Notes: generated by a model from the letters alone, not told the origin. A DNA stretch of 64,000 bases from Mobula hypostoma (GCF_963921235.1 NC_086100.1:48546001-48610000); one strand, 5' to 3'. Positions 49,163 to 62,779 are shown, counted from the first letter of the stretch. Numbers and translations: made by a program.

Positions 49163-51714
49163 TTCTCAAAGGACCCCCCATGACCATGCCTGTCATGTCC
49201 TTTCAGTCCTTTGCCATCTCCTCAAAAACTGACTGTGAAGAGGAGAATATGTCAGTTTACCTCAGAGATGGTGTAAGAAGATATCTATGGAGGTTCTCCC
49301 TACTGTCTTTCATAGGCTCCTCCTTAACTATCTCCTCCCAGAGACTATAAAGTGATCCCCAAATAGCAGTATGAACTTCACTGATCTACTGGGACAGTGG
49401 GTGCGATCTACCTATCTACCTCTATTGCTTGACAATTGCAAAAAAAATGCAGGGAACAACACCAGCCATGCATAGCCTTTTTTAACTTCATAAAGCCTTT
49501 AATTCCAATTGTGAGGAACTATGAGACTGTATCTGTACTGTGTCCATCTCAAATTTAACCTTTCTCAAATTTAGTTGCCCACTGACATTTATCATCTGGC
49601 TATTTTTTACTTCATCATAGGCAAGCCACAATCAGAACTAATGGGTCTGCAACAGAATTAATTTCATTTAGAATCAGTCTGAACACATATTGCCCTAACT
49701 TATTTCTCATACTCTTGCAGTGGAATATTGCACCTCACCTCCAACGAATTTGCTCTTTGATTGAAAGGAAACTGCTGAAGGGAAACTGTTAATGGGTTAC
49801 ACTATTGCTCGCCGACAGATCTCTGCTCCACCTACATTCGTCAGTGTTCCAACAATAGTAGCTCAACTTTTTCAGCACAACAGTACACACTTCAAATCTG
49901 GAGAGTGTACGCACTTAGACATCACCAAGCACAGGACTGTAAAGGTCCATTGATTTGTCACTTGCTGTTTTTACATTACTGCATGCTATTGAACACTGTT
50001 AATGGATTCTGCATTTCACTGGCTGAGTAGGTAATGCAAAGTAGAGATGATTGTTGTTAAACAGATGCCTGAATAAGTGGTCTGCTTGAAGTACTAATGT
50101 GTATTAGAGACAAAAAGTATGGAAGGCTGTTATTTGCTATAACCTGAATGTTGTTTAATTGAATACTGCTTACTAATGTGAGGCTTGTAGGCACAGTTAC
50201 TACTGCCAACTAAAAATATACAACTTCTGATAAATCTACTAAAAGATCTGATTGCAAAAATCTTACACTTAAAATCCATTGCCGAAAAATGTGCTTTGTC
50301 ATGACAAAATAATTTGAGTTGCAGGGTTCAGAGTGGACATTTAATACCCCTTACTGTACTGTATGTGTCGCTACACAAACTTCTATGAAAGTAAATTGGT
50401 TAGTAAATTCAAGAAATGATTTTCGGGTTTAACCAGTAAATTGGATAAGTGGAAGGACAATGAATCACTTCTATAGTTCAGTTATAAAGAGGATTGTCTC
50501 TTTAAATAATTAATAATTTACTGAAATTAATAGGTTTGAATATATTTATCATTTGTTCCAGAAGGTTTCCATGCAGTTTTCAAAGAATACACTTTTTGAA
50601 GGGAAATGGACAATAATTTATCATATCAAGGGTAAATTAAATTATGTCAAAATATTTAAGACATGCTAGTCTGAACCTAGCTTTGAGAATAAAAAATATG
50701 CAGGGAATCCTGTGTACTTCAGATTGTATCTTGAAAATGACTAGCCAGTCAACAAGCTTTTCTATTGATTTAAAAACAAATAGCACAGTTATCTAGTTCA
50801 TATCATGCACTAGGGCTGCTGTACCCACCAAATTATAAAAGCAAAGGATTAGCAATTCAATTTGATTGTAAGCTGTGACCTAAACTAGAGATAATTGAGA
50901 AATTCCACTTTTGTTCTAGTTACACTTGCCTCTAAAATTTGTGCTCACTTGTCAAGCTACATTTGAATGTTTCAGCAGCATCAATTGTACCATATCCTAT
51001 ATTAGAGTACATTGATAGAGAGTCACATTGAGGACTTGTGCATACTGATTACGAGGAGCCTGTGCCTTGTTGTCTAGAACCATTGCTAGATGTTATTACA
51101 GAGTTTGGGGGAGCACTGTACTGTTATATTCAGCCAAACACCCACTTTTCGAAGACAGCCCTGGAAATTCTTGTAAAGCTCAACTCAAGGAATGAGTTCC
51201 TTCACATTTTGGGGAGATGCTCAACCTTCCAAGTCTGGGAAGAAGCATTGATGTAAGGAGGTAACTAGCTTAATGGATTTGATCGGAGAACAGTGAGAAG
51301 CAAAACAACCAACAAATGTCATCAAAGCCAGTAGAGACAGCGATAATAACCATCCACTAAATATCCCCCCTCACTGGTCATTGAATTACACCTCCGACAT
51401 TTGCTTAATAAGAGTCTCTGGTAATCAGCACTCCGTCTGTTCCTATGCCACTAAACACCTACATGCAAACACACTCAGACACCTACCACAGATGCACTTC
51501 AGCCCATGACACTATCTGTCAGGAGATGCTGGCAATACACTGATGACCTCAGCAGCAGTCTGCTGAGGTCGACAGCAAGGGAAGTGGATGGATATGAGAG
51601 AGCTCCCTAACAACAGGTTCAATCATCGTGAGCAGAGAATACCGCCGATGATGATAGAACTAGCTAATCTGGAGACCTGGTCTAATGGCAGACCAGCAAA
51701 TGTGGAAGCTAATG

Positions 51715-52015
51715 CTATAAGACTATAAGACCATAGACCATAAGACATAGGAACAGAATGAGGCCATTCAGCCCATCAAGTTTTCTCCAACATTCCATCG
51801 TGGCTGATATATTACTCTGCTCAATTTCATTCTCCTGCCTCCTCTCCATAACCTTTGACACCCTGATTACTTAAGAACCTATCAACTCCACTTTAAATGT
51901 ACTGAATGACTAGGCCACCACAGCCGTCTGTGACAATGAATTCCACAGATTCACTACACTTTGACTAAAGAAATTCTTCCTCACCTCTGCTCTAAATGGA
52001 TGTCCCTCTAGTCCG
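51715..52015 (-). mobile_element. CR1 3' end with (accataag)-like tail
   Basis: GHPFRAEVRKNFFSQSVVNLWNSLSQ; tail repeats ctataagactataagaccatagaccataagacatagg. Confidence 0.85.
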
Positions 52016-52692
52016 TCTATTCCTATGCCACCCCTCCCACCATCATACATTGTTATTGTGCTTTTCTTCTGCACCCCAGTACTTCTGCCCACCCACATCT
52101 GGCAGCTAAGCCACTAAAAATGAAGGCAGACACTCTTTCACTCAAACTATTACTCACTGCCGAGCTACTGGGACTCTGCAGATTATGGAGGGTATCTCTG
52201 AGGTGAGTCCTACATGTGATGAATTACTAGGCCCCCATGAGCTGCAATTAGGTCAGAAGGAATAGGGAGGTCATGTGACAGGCCCTTGAGGATGTGGGCA
52301 CATAACAGTTCTGCTCTCAACGGCTTTTTTCAATGAGGGGGAAGACTTTAAGAAATGGCTGACTGCAAACACATCAAGATATGTTGATGGGCATTATTAA
52401 ATCTGCATTAAAGACTTGTCCAGGAGCATTGCAAGTGTTCCTCCCAGTGCAGATTTGAACTTTGCAGAACACTTTGCACAGAGCATGAATTTCATTCTTT
52501 CTGGACTCCAGTGGGTTTCTCTGCAAAAGGCTGATCTCCTGCCTTCAAATACAATATGCCCCTCCTCTAGCAGCTAAGACTGATAAGCAAATATTTTTAC
52601 TTATTTAGGGATACAGCATGTTAACAGCCCCTTCAGCCCAATGAATTCTTGCCACCGAATACGACAAACAGAATTTGTTCGCCTTATAAAAA

Positions 52693-52890
52693 AGAAATCT
52701 CTGGAAATGCCCAGCAGCTTAGGCAGCATTTGTGGAAAGAAAAAATAAGTCAATGTTTCAGGTCAAAGACCCTTTGTGTGCCAAAATGCTCTCAAGTTGA
52801 AACATTAACTCTGGTTCTCTTCCCACTCTGTGGCCTGACCAGCTGAGCATTTCCAGTTTTTCCTAATAATGTTTTAGATTTCCAACATTT
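52693..52890. mobile_element. Old fold-back pair of PLE-terminus units
   Basis: ctggaaatgcccagcag...ggcagcatttgtggaaaga...caatgtttcaggtcaaagaccct followed by ttgaaacattaactctg...cctgaccagctgagcatttccag. Confidence 0.65.
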
Positions 52891-53984
52891 TCACTTTCAC
52901 CAACAGAATTGGAATATTGGTAATGAGTACAAGCTTATAGTCTGAATTAGCATTTAGTATGTGTTGCAGAGAATAAAATAATCGTTACCAAGTGATTTCC
53001 CTGAGGAAAACTAAAACACATTGGAGAAACAGGTGAACAGTAGTGGATATAGAATCAGGTTTATTATCACCGGCATGTGACGTGAAATTGTTTTTCACAT
53101 CACAACCACTTGAACCAACCACTTGAAATGGAGACAGAAGTCATCAGGCAGTTAAGGAGCTACATCTTTGTCAAATCAGGTAGTAGCTACAGTGACAGAG
53201 TTCCAATACCATTAAGAAGGTCTCAGCATATGAAAAGGTCAACTAACAGACTGAAAGAGTTATTCCAATCCATAGGTTAAGCACTTTTCCATGGAGGGAG
53301 AGTAGTGGTATATTGTTATGTTGGAGATATTGCTGCGGATCTTCAGTTTAACAGCCAGCTGTTCTGCTTGTCACTGTAGGATTTTGTTCTCCAAATCTGG
53401 AGGGGAAATTCAATACTTGCACAGGGCTCATCACTGGTCCCATTTTTTCTCCCACACCCATCAACCCTTCCCCCAATCTCCCCACTCCCACTCCCCCCCC
53501 CCGCCCAGTTGAACTCCTCATTAAAACCTCAGGAGGAATGCAGGCATCTCCAGATTTCCCACTGGTAATGCTAATCGCCTGCTGAATCTGCAGCTTCCCC
53601 TGGCAAAGGTCTGCAAGTCCATTGACTTTAGTGGGAAGAAACAGCTGCAGACAGATGGTTAAGTATGAAATGATTTCCTTTAATTAAACTGATTTAATTA
53701 TGTTCTGATTGTGTTTACTGTTTTAAATATTCTGAGCATTTCTCAATTTTTAAATATTTTTAGAGACTTTGAATACGTATATAGTCAGAGACATTTAATC
53801 TCAACAATTCAGTGAACAAAGACTATCAGTTACACCCAGCAAGGCCCTGCAGAACACTGAGCCTCATGAATCAGGCTAGCACAGCACTTAGGGATGTACT
53901 CCAAGTAAGAGAGGACTTCAAGGGCATGTACTCAGTGAGCTTGGGCTGCTTCCTGCTCACTGGGAAATATAACCCATAAGCACA

Positions 53985-54560
53985 ACAGACATTTCTCAGG
54001 CTAGTGTCCTGGGCCCAATCATCTTCAGCTGCTTCAACAATAATACTCCTTGAACTGTAAGGTCAGAAAAAGGGATGTTCACTAATGATTAATCACTATT
54101 CTGCACCTTTCACGTCTCATCAGATAAAGACATGGTCCAAATCCCAGAGCAGCAAGACCTGGACAATATCCAAACATGGGCTGGCAGGTGGCAAGTAACA
54201 TTCTCACCCTCCACCAGTGCCTCACAATGAACGATATCTGACAATCTGGCCATCTTCTCCTGATGCGTAATGCATGACCATCAATGAACCATCCCCCACC
54301 CCACCCCACTCGCAATTGTCAGGTGTTACCATAGTCCAGAACTTGAGCTGGCATGGCCAGATATACAATGTGGCTACAAAAGCAGGCCAAAGGCTAGGAA
54401 TCCTGCCATGAGTAACACTCTGCCAAAGTCATTTACAAGGCTGAAGTCAGGAATGTGATGGAATACTGTCTACTTGCCTGGACGAGGGCAGACTCAACAA
54501 CACTCAGGAAATTTGACACCCTGGAGGGTGTAACAGCTCGCTTGATAGGCATCCTATCCA
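53985..54560 (+). mobile_element. Old CR1/L2-type LINE RT fragment
   Basis: SQASVLGPIIFSCF, cagcaagacctggacaatatc (QQDLDNI) and YKAEVRNVMEYCLLAW remnants. Confidence 0.7.
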
Positions 54561-55706
54561 CAATGTCATTATCTAGTTTTATTTTTAGCTATCAATCAAA
54601 CACAAAACAATTCAGCTCATCTAAGGCCCAACAATCTCTGAAGATATTATTACATAAAACACAAAACACAAGGATTAGATATTTGTTCCATCAAGCTCAT
54701 TCAGGTATAAGATTTGCAAAGAAGCCAGTCCAGTGAAAGGAAGTATAAAGTGATACAATGCAAAGTTTCGTTAAATATTTTTCCACAACTCCAAAAGAAA
54801 TTCAAGTTTATTTGTATTTGAAGTCCACAAGTGACTCATTGACAATTCCAGCAATGCACAATGAGTTCCAATGTGAGGTCTTGCTTCTTGATGCTATGAT
54901 GTCAATGATTATTTTTGGAAAGCACTCCTTGTGGAACCCCAGCAAGGGCAGATGCCAAGTAATTTCCACAAGTTTAAAATAGCTTTGGGAAGTTCTATAA
55001 AAAAAAGTTCTCAGTGACAAGCAAGAGCATTTAGAAACATTATAAGAATGGAGTTTTTTTTAAGTAAAAGAAATGATAAACCACACAGTTTACCAAATTA
55101 TAACCTTTTCCTCTTTCTCATAATTTTCTGCTCAAACTTGTCAATAATCTTTCTCAGCCAGTATCTGACCAAGTGGTTGAATTCTTCAGCACTGTGTGTA
55201 AACTCCCTCTGATGGATTAATATGCAATTGCACATAGGACTCAACTTTCATATTGGTACCTGTATCTGAGTTTGAACTATCTCATTGATTGGACATATAG
55301 AGGGAAACTAAAAAAAAATCATGTGCCTGTGACACAACCCAAAAAATTTACATCCATACAATAAACAAGAGACAAGTAAATAATTCCAGTCACATTCATG
55401 TACTTCTTCCCCACCATCACTGCATTCGGTGACTTCACTTATCGAAATACGTTGATCAGTTACTCCTCCTCCATGAAACAAGTGGAGGAGTGGAAATGTG
55501 ATTCATGAGATTGTTTTGAATGCTAGCATTGACTAGATGAGCCAAATGGCCTCCTGCTGATTCATAAGGAAACAAAATACTTTTTTAAATATCCTAATTC
55601 AAAAGGACACTGTACCCTCTCTGCTGACTCCTGCTCTTTCCCCATTCCATGCAACTAACCAAGTACAGTTCATATGAACACACATGAACACAGTTTATAT
55701 TGTGTT

Positions 55707-55998
55707 GGCGCATGGCCAAGTGGTTAAGGCGTCGGTTTAGTGATCTGAAATTCGCTAGTTCAAGCCTTGGCTGAGGCAGTGTGTTGTGTCCTTGAGCAAG
55801 GCACTTAAAACACACATTGTTCTGCGACGACACTGGCGCCAAGTCCTTCCCTTGGACAACATTGGTGGCATGGAGAGGGGAGACTTACAGCATGGGCAAC
55901 TGCCGGTCTTCCATACAACCTTGCCCAGGCCTACACCCTGGAAACCTTCCAAGGCGCAAATCCATGGTCTCATGAGACTAACGGATGCCTATATATAA
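55707..55998 (+). mobile_element. tRNA-derived SINE
   Basis: A box TGGCCAAGTGG (55713-55723), B box GTTCAAGCC (55758-55766), core gtgtccttgagcaaggcactt, TA-rich tail. Confidence 0.82.
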
Positions 55999-56010
55999 TA
56001 ATTATAAGAA

Positions 56011-56215
56011 GAAGAGAAAATCTGCAGATGCTGGAAATCCAAGCAACACACACAAAATTCCGGAGAAACTCAGCAGGCTAAGCAATATCTATAGAAAAAT
56101 TTAAGTACAGTCGATGTTTCGGGCCTTCCAGGCTTCAGACTGAAACATTGACTGTACTTTTTTCCATAGATGCTGCCTGGCCTGCTGAGTTACTCCAGCA
56201 TACTGTGTGTTTGCA
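56011..56215. mobile_element. Fold-back pair of PLE-terminus units joined within hammerhead stem II
   Basis: Minus unit ends ...gtacagtcgatgtttcgggcc; plus unit starts cagactgaaacattgactgtac...gatgctgcctggcctgctgag. Confidence 0.85.
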
Positions 56216-56862
56216 CAGTTTGTATGAACTTATACTGTTCCTAATAGTTCTTAACTACAGCCCTTCACAGTTAATTAATTCTGGGAAAAAGTTCTATACT
56301 GTATTTCACTTGCAGTCCAAAACAGAGCAGCAACATCAGATACAGAGTAGAAATCGGCCAGATATGAAAGCAGAATGGTAATTATTTGCTAGCTAGATCC
56401 TCTGGCATCACCAGGAATAGGACATTCTTCTTAACGCCTATTAATTTAGAATATCCTTCTGTTTTTAGTCAAAATTAGATATTGTTTTTGTAATTATTGA
56501 GTTGACCTTGTGTATGGTGACTCCTGCTAATCTGCGGCACAAACCTCACTCTTAGAAATCAGATGAACTGGTAAATATGAAATGATGCTGCAAGTTTTGA
56601 AGTTTATGTGGTTTTTAACTAGGTGTTAAAGTGGGTAACCCTAACTAATAATCACAGTAAACAGGCTTGTTCTTATATGAACTATGTCATTGCAGTAAAT
56701 TAGGCTGAAATATCATTTAAAAAATTATTCTTGAAAGAGTAAGAAATCATAATTTAAATCATTAATAATGTCTCATGATGTCACTTTGGATGCTTGGGAA
56801 TCCTGTCTGCAAAATGGAGTTCAGCAGAAGTCACTAATGATGCTTAAAGCATTGGATTAGAT

Positions 56863-58591
56863 CAGGGGTGGCCAACCTTTTACACTCCATGCATCAAATT
56901 TTTTCACGCACGAGTTCTGATGCGCCATACAACTCTTGTACCCCCATTCAATTCTTGTAAAAATATGTTAATACAGACATATTTAGCATTTTTACATGAT
57001 ATATTGATTTAATATAAAAACAAGATAAACATTACTTACACCAGTTTTTTGGCCAACGCTAAAGCAATTTTGTAGGCGGCTTCTGTCATCACCAAAGTTT
57101 CACAACTTCTTTTAACAAATATATTTTTTCTTTTTTTGATTTCTCCCTTTTTCTTAATCATATATTCTTTCTGTAACTCAGACCCAAGCACTAGCTTCAG
57201 TTTTCCTTCTATTTCAGTCTGATGTTGTGTTTTATAGTGTCTATTAAGATTATGTTTTCTATTATGTGAGAAAGTGTGTTCACAAACAATGCACAACGGT
57301 TTTCCTGACGGATCCGCTATAAATAAGAACTCATTTTCCCACTGTTCATTGAATTCACACTTACTATCACTTTCTGCTTTTCTTTTGCACTGTGATGGGT
57401 AACTGAATGTAAAAACAAGGCTTATTTTTTCAAAAAGGTACAAAACTGCAAATGTTCACAAAGGACGAACAAAGCACAACTCCATAGCGCACGAGTGTCA
57501 ATTGTAAACTGACTGGCAAAAACCGGCGATGCACCGCTGGTGCAGACACCTGGCGCCTCAGGATCAAACAGGTATCATACGTGTATTGAACAGTTATGGA
57601 GCGACTGCAGAACAAAAGTCCTTCTTTCGTAGTTTGACTCATTGAACATTTTTTTAAAAATTGAAAACAGATTAATGTGAAAGAGGATAACATTCGCCAA
57701 AAGATGTGCACGAAATAATAAAATCGCTAAAAGTAATTGCTAAGTTTTAGATTTATTCCCAGTAAAACCCATTTCTAACTCTAAGCTCGCAAACCCGTGG
57801 AAATCTGCAGATGCTGGAGATTCAAGCAACACACACAAAATGCTGATGGAACGCAGCAGGCCAGGCAACATCTATAGGAAGAAGTACAGTCGATATTTTG
57901 GGCTGAGACCCTTCATCAGGATTAACTGAAGGAAGAGATAGTAAGAGATTTGAAAGTGGGAGGGGGAGGGAGAGATCCGAAATTATAGGAGAAGACAGGA
58001 GGGGGAGGGATAGAGCTAAAAGCTGGAAACTTGATTGGCAAAAGGGATACAAGGCTGGAGAAGGGAGAGGATCATGGGACAGGAGGCCTAGGGAGAAAGA
58101 AAGGTGGAGGGGAGCACCAGAGGAAGATGGAGAGAAGGCAAGGAGTTATTGTGAGAGGGACAAAGAGAGAAAAAAGAGAGAGAAAGAAAAAAAAAGGAAA
58201 AAATAATAAATAAATAAGGGATGGGGTAAGAAGGGGAGGAGGGGCAATAACGGAAGTTAGGGAAGTCAATGTTCATGCCATCAGGTTGGAGGCTACCCCT
58301 CCCACTTTCAAATCTCTTACTATCTCTTCTTTCAGTTAGTCCTGACGAAGGGTCTCGGCCTGAAACATCGACTGTACCTCTTCCTATAGATGCTGCCTGT
58401 CCTGCTGCATTCCACCAGCATTTTGTGTGTGTTTCTAGCTCTAACCTACTTGAATTCCTGTTATAGATTTTTTTTTCTACAAATCAGTTTTTGTTTAATA
58501 CTTTTTGCATGAGTAGGCTTACTTTTTTATTATTATCACTGGGGTGCAATGCGCCACTTTTGCTGCATGCGCCATAGGTTGGCCATTCCGG
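56863..58591 (-). mobile_element. hAT (Charlie/SPIN-like) DNA transposon, internally deleted
   Basis: TIRs CAGGGGTGGCCAACCT and AGGTTGGCCATTCCGG; 8-bp TSD GATTAGAT / GATTAGAA; N-terminal zinc finger KRK...FNEQWENEFLF...KPLCIVC....NLNRHYKTQH (57036..57443), catalytic domain absent. Confidence 0.9.
57785..58431. mobile_element. Fold-back PLE 3'-end insertion, 13-bp TSD (1 mismatch), nested in hAT
   Basis: TSD TTTCTAACTCTAA (57772-57784) vs TTTCTAGCTCTAA (58432-58444); long minus arm to about 58297 encodes GSLQPDGMNIDF (endonuclease C-terminus); short plus arm has hammerhead AGTC-CTGACGA-AGGGTCTCGGCCT-GAAA-CATC-GACT (58338-58373). Confidence 0.9.
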
Positions 58592-60284
58592 GATTAGAAT
58601 CCAGTTCTACAGTGTGGACAGAATGGAGTCAGGGATTGGGGACCTGTTGAGTGTTTTGTTAAAGACGATTGAGAGCTAGGAAGATGTAGGTTACACAGTG
58701 TATAAATGGCAGGAGGCCTGTAGTAAGCGGGCAAGTATTCAAAGCAAGCTCTGAAGCTCTGAAGTTGGGTTCTCTGCACCAGCCTAGGACTTCCTCAGGA
58801 AGTTCTCCTGTAGGGAATAACAACGACATTCAAAACATGTTCTCAGAGTGCCTAATGATAAGCCCACATCAGAATCATGTGACCTAATTTCTATGGCAAA
58901 ACTCTATTGTAGCTGAAATGATTATTATCAGATTTTGCTTCAGAAGAAAAAAATCAACGGCAACACTGAAAGAACAATGGCTCGTCTGAATTTCCAGATC
59001 ACTTCCCTTTGCCTGTCAACTGAATACATGCAAAAGCTTATTTTCCCTCTTTCCACACACTGCAGGTTAACTGAGATCTGACAGCCAATAATATATCAAT
59101 ATTACCTACAATTATTTAAAAAGTAACAAGTATAGATTATCGGTCAAAAGAAATTATTCAGCTTTATACTCAAACTCAATTACCGCTGAACTCACTGCCA
59201 ATTATTCACCTTTGTCGAATGTTTTTAACCATTAAATCCGATGTCACCACTGCATATCGGTATTCATTTATCATTCACTTCATTATAGTAGATATGTCGT
59301 CAATTTTAGTAATCACTGAGTAAAGTTGTGAATGCAACTATTACTGTCAATTCATTACCAGAGTGTATTGCTGGTGGGTTGCTTCCTAACTAGAGAAAGG
59401 TCATGTCCATCTACAGCTGCAAGCTGCTGGATACTGACACAAGCCTCAAAGGTGACATACTTCAGGCCAAGATTAATCTTCTCAAAATAGGGTAAGAAAT
59501 TAGGTTTACATTGTGGAAAAAGACCTGAATAAGTGGGATTACCTGAGAAAAATGGCAATGCTAATTTTTTTTTTAAATTAAGGCACTTAGCATGTCTACT
59601 TAGAGCATAGGATTTTATTTTCCCATTTACAAAGTTTAAAACGTTCAAAGTTCAAAGTAAATTTATAATCAAAGTGCATGTCTGTCACCATATACAGCCC
59701 TAGATTCATTTTCTTGCAGCCATACTTAATAAATCCACTTACCATAATAGAATGAATAAAAGACCGCACCAACGGATGGACAGTGTGCAAAAGATAACAA
59801 ACAGTGCAAATACAAAAAGAAAATAAATAAATAAATAGCTAGATAGATAGATAAATATCCATCTATATTTCTATCTATTGAGAATGTGAGATGAAGAATC
59901 ATTGAATGTGAGTCTATAGGTTGTGAAGGACAGTAAGTCCTATGACCGAATAGAGTTATAAAATTAATTTTTGAATGCAATCAAGATTTGAAAGTCTGCA
60001 CAGCACCTAACGTGACTTTGGATGATATGTGTCTGTCTGAAGCACATACCTGGGCACAAAAGACACTGAAAGCACATTTGCGATGTCAACTTTTTGTGAC
60101 ATGCATGAACACCACTTCTGCAATATTGAACAAAGGCTGTGAGGCGCCAAGAACAGATCAATGTTCCCGAATCCATGGAAACAGGATTGCACAGGTGCTT
60201 CATAAAGGGATGCACACGTTTCCTGCTTCATGGCGAGTGTGACCACAATCGAAGATACTGATTGTATCAATGGTGCAATTGTGA

Positions 60285-61320
60285 TCAGAATCAGATTGAT
60301 CATCATTTACAGACTGTATAATGTGAAATGTGTTATTTTGCAGCAGCAGTACTGTGCAAAGACAAAAACACCATAAATTACAAAAATAAATAATACAAAA
60401 AAGGCAATATTCAGTACTGTTCATGGATTCATGGACCGTTCAGAAATCTGATGGTGGAGGAGAAGAAGATGTACCTAAATTATTGGGTGTGTGTCTCCTG
60501 TGCCCCCTCTCTTATGGCAGCAACAAGACGAGAATGGTGAATGTCATTAATGATGGATGCCACCTTCTTGAGGCACCATCTCTTGAACATGTCCTCAATC
60601 CTGGAGAGGATTGTGTCCATGATGGAGCTGGCTGAGTTTACAAACATCTTCAGCCTCTTGCCATCCTGAATATTGGAGCCTCCATACCAGGATGTGATGC
60701 AACTATTCAGAATGCTCCCCACCATACGTCTATAGAAATTTGTAAGAGTCTTTTGGTAATATCAAAAATCTCCTAATGAAGTGGAGCCATTGGCATCACT
60801 TCTTCATGATTGCATCAATGTGTTGGGTTCAGGATAGATCTTCTGAGATGTTGATGCCCAGGACGTTGAAACTCCTCACCCTTTCCTCCATTGACCCCTC
60901 AATGAGGACTTGTGTTTGTTCTTCCAACTTCCCCACCCTGAAATCAAAGTTGGTTCCTTGGTCGTGCTGACGCTGAGCAAGATGGTTGTTGCAACATCAA
61001 TCGATCAGTCAATCTACTTCACTCCTGCTTCCTTGTCACCACCCACGATTCCACCAACAGCAGTTACGTTGTCAACTATAGACCTGTTTGGGTGGTAGGT
61101 TAATTGCAGTGGGTCCAGCTCCTCACTCAGTCAGATGTTAATTCAAGTCATAACCAACTTCCCAAAGCACCTCATTATAGTAGATATGAATGCTAGTAGG
61201 CCATAGTCATGGAGGCTGTTCACCCTGCTCTTCTTGCTGCCCTTTTAAAGCTTGGTCTAACCTCAGACGTGATCAGTGAGAGGCTAAGTATGTTCTGATT
61301 ACACCAGCCAGTACTCAGCC
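60285..61320 (-). mobile_element. Rex1/Babar-like LINE 3' fragment
   Basis: MVGSILNSCITSWYG...RLKMFVNSASSI...KKVASIINDIHH; tail tcagaatcagattg. Confidence 0.78.
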
Positions 61321-62779
61321 AGGTATAGCATCATTTCTGTTCTTTACTCTTGAAGCTCTCTACATTATTTTGGAGAAGGGAACAATTCCATCCTCTTCCT
61401 GCACTCATGTCCACTCTGCCACTGTATGCATGACTGATCACACAGACAGCAGACCTCCAGATGAGAACTGCCACTTTCAGACTTCAGCTATAAAGGCAAA
61501 TAATGGAGGTCAGTTCATAGTTCAAGAGTGACTCTCAACATTACATGCAGTTAATGAGCAGAACCAGACAAAAATCCCACTTAGATGCACAATTCCTTAA
61601 AAGGCAAACACACAGATAAACCACTCCCCCCAGTCAAAGGTCAATAGCCACCATACAAAGCCATCTTATGTGAGGATGAATTTCAAGAATACTATTCCCA
61701 GAATAAATTGTTTCCAGAGTTTAGGTTTCTACGTGTTATTCCGGAGGATTAAAAGTATCTTTTTTAACAATAATTTAAATTTATATCAGACCTTCAATGT
61801 ACTAATACATCCCACATCACTTCAGAAGACTGTTATCAAACAAACGCAAAGGCAATTGTAAGCCAAGCATAAACCTCCAATGATTGTGGTTACTAATTTT
61901 CCATGCTTCATACATTCTAATTCAAATAATTCTAGCTTGACATTATAGTTCAAAATACTAACAAGGAAAACATTAAGGAAGTGCTTTAGGGTGGTTTTGC
62001 TGTCCTATTATTTTCCTTCCCAAGGGTACATTCGGAAGCCAAGTTTAATAATACTTCTGGCAACATCAGTTTCTCAGACGGGGAAGATTTCCATGAAATA
62101 TAAGCTCCCATTTGTTCACAACAGATGTTTGGGATTTTAAATATGTTTAAGTAATAATTGAGGTGAGAATTGGCAGAGGAGGCAGAAAGTCCAATATGAC
62201 TATTGTTAACATTAAAATACACAATATTTTTCACAATTTAAGCCTGAATAATAGCTGTAAAAGCAAATGAAAAATATATGAGTATTACAGCATCAGCTAA
62301 TTTATAATGAATCAAGGTGAATGAAGCCTCACAACTATTAACAATATTAAATTACTGTTTCCATACTGTCATTATCTAAAGTAAGCAAAGAGGTTACAGT
62401 CACACCAGAAAACAAAAATTAGTGGAAGGTGTGGCACTGCTGACAGAGTCATTGACATTACACTAATATGTGCCTTTATAGTCCTACTAGGGCGGTTTGA
62501 TGGTTTCTATGACACTCTCAAATTCCCTGTGAACACTGGAATCCAGAGCTATGACGTCAGCAAGCTGACCTTGAATGTCAGAGGTTACTTTAGCAAGCCT
62601 AGATAGGATGGCTGCTAGCTACATTACAATGCAAGCTGAACGCTCAGCTATCAGAATCTGCTCCAATTACTGTGTGCGCAAGGGTCAACGTTGAACTGTC
62701 TGCCACTTCATTGCTATAAAGATGGGTGTCAAACTCACCTGCACTCACCTCCAACAAATGCCCAAATATCTTAGCAGGA

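Larger units (their letters stand above)
45812..49235 (+). mobile_element. Gypsy/Ty3 (sushi-like) LTR retrotransposon remnant: LTR piece, gag, protease, RT
   Basis: gag QCVLHFEL..YSTDQAKV..SLLTGQALTW; knuckle LCVYCRVTVHPRIGC; [48 protein letters not shown]...YLVMPFG, YLDNI; resumes at about 49160 as FSKDP; TATA-like tatttaaa near 45860. Confidence 0.85.

Noticed and set aside
48252-52692. Composite transposon or inversion bounded by 273-bp TIRs
   Set aside because: No shared TSD or transposase, and the Gypsy RT continues in the same orientation inside the interval.
55707-55780. tRNA gene
   Set aside because: Has A/B boxes but no convincing acceptor stem, and continues into a SINE core and tail.
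57036-57443. Domesticated GTF2IRD2/ZBED-like gene
   Set aside because: Lies within TIR- and TSD-bounded hAT DNA and lacks the catalytic domain.
5840-58466. Recurring peptides MLPGLL...SSILCV and DAAWPA in many ORF calls as a small-protein family
   Set aside because: Translations of the repeated PLE terminus in different frames; flanking frames are not conserved.
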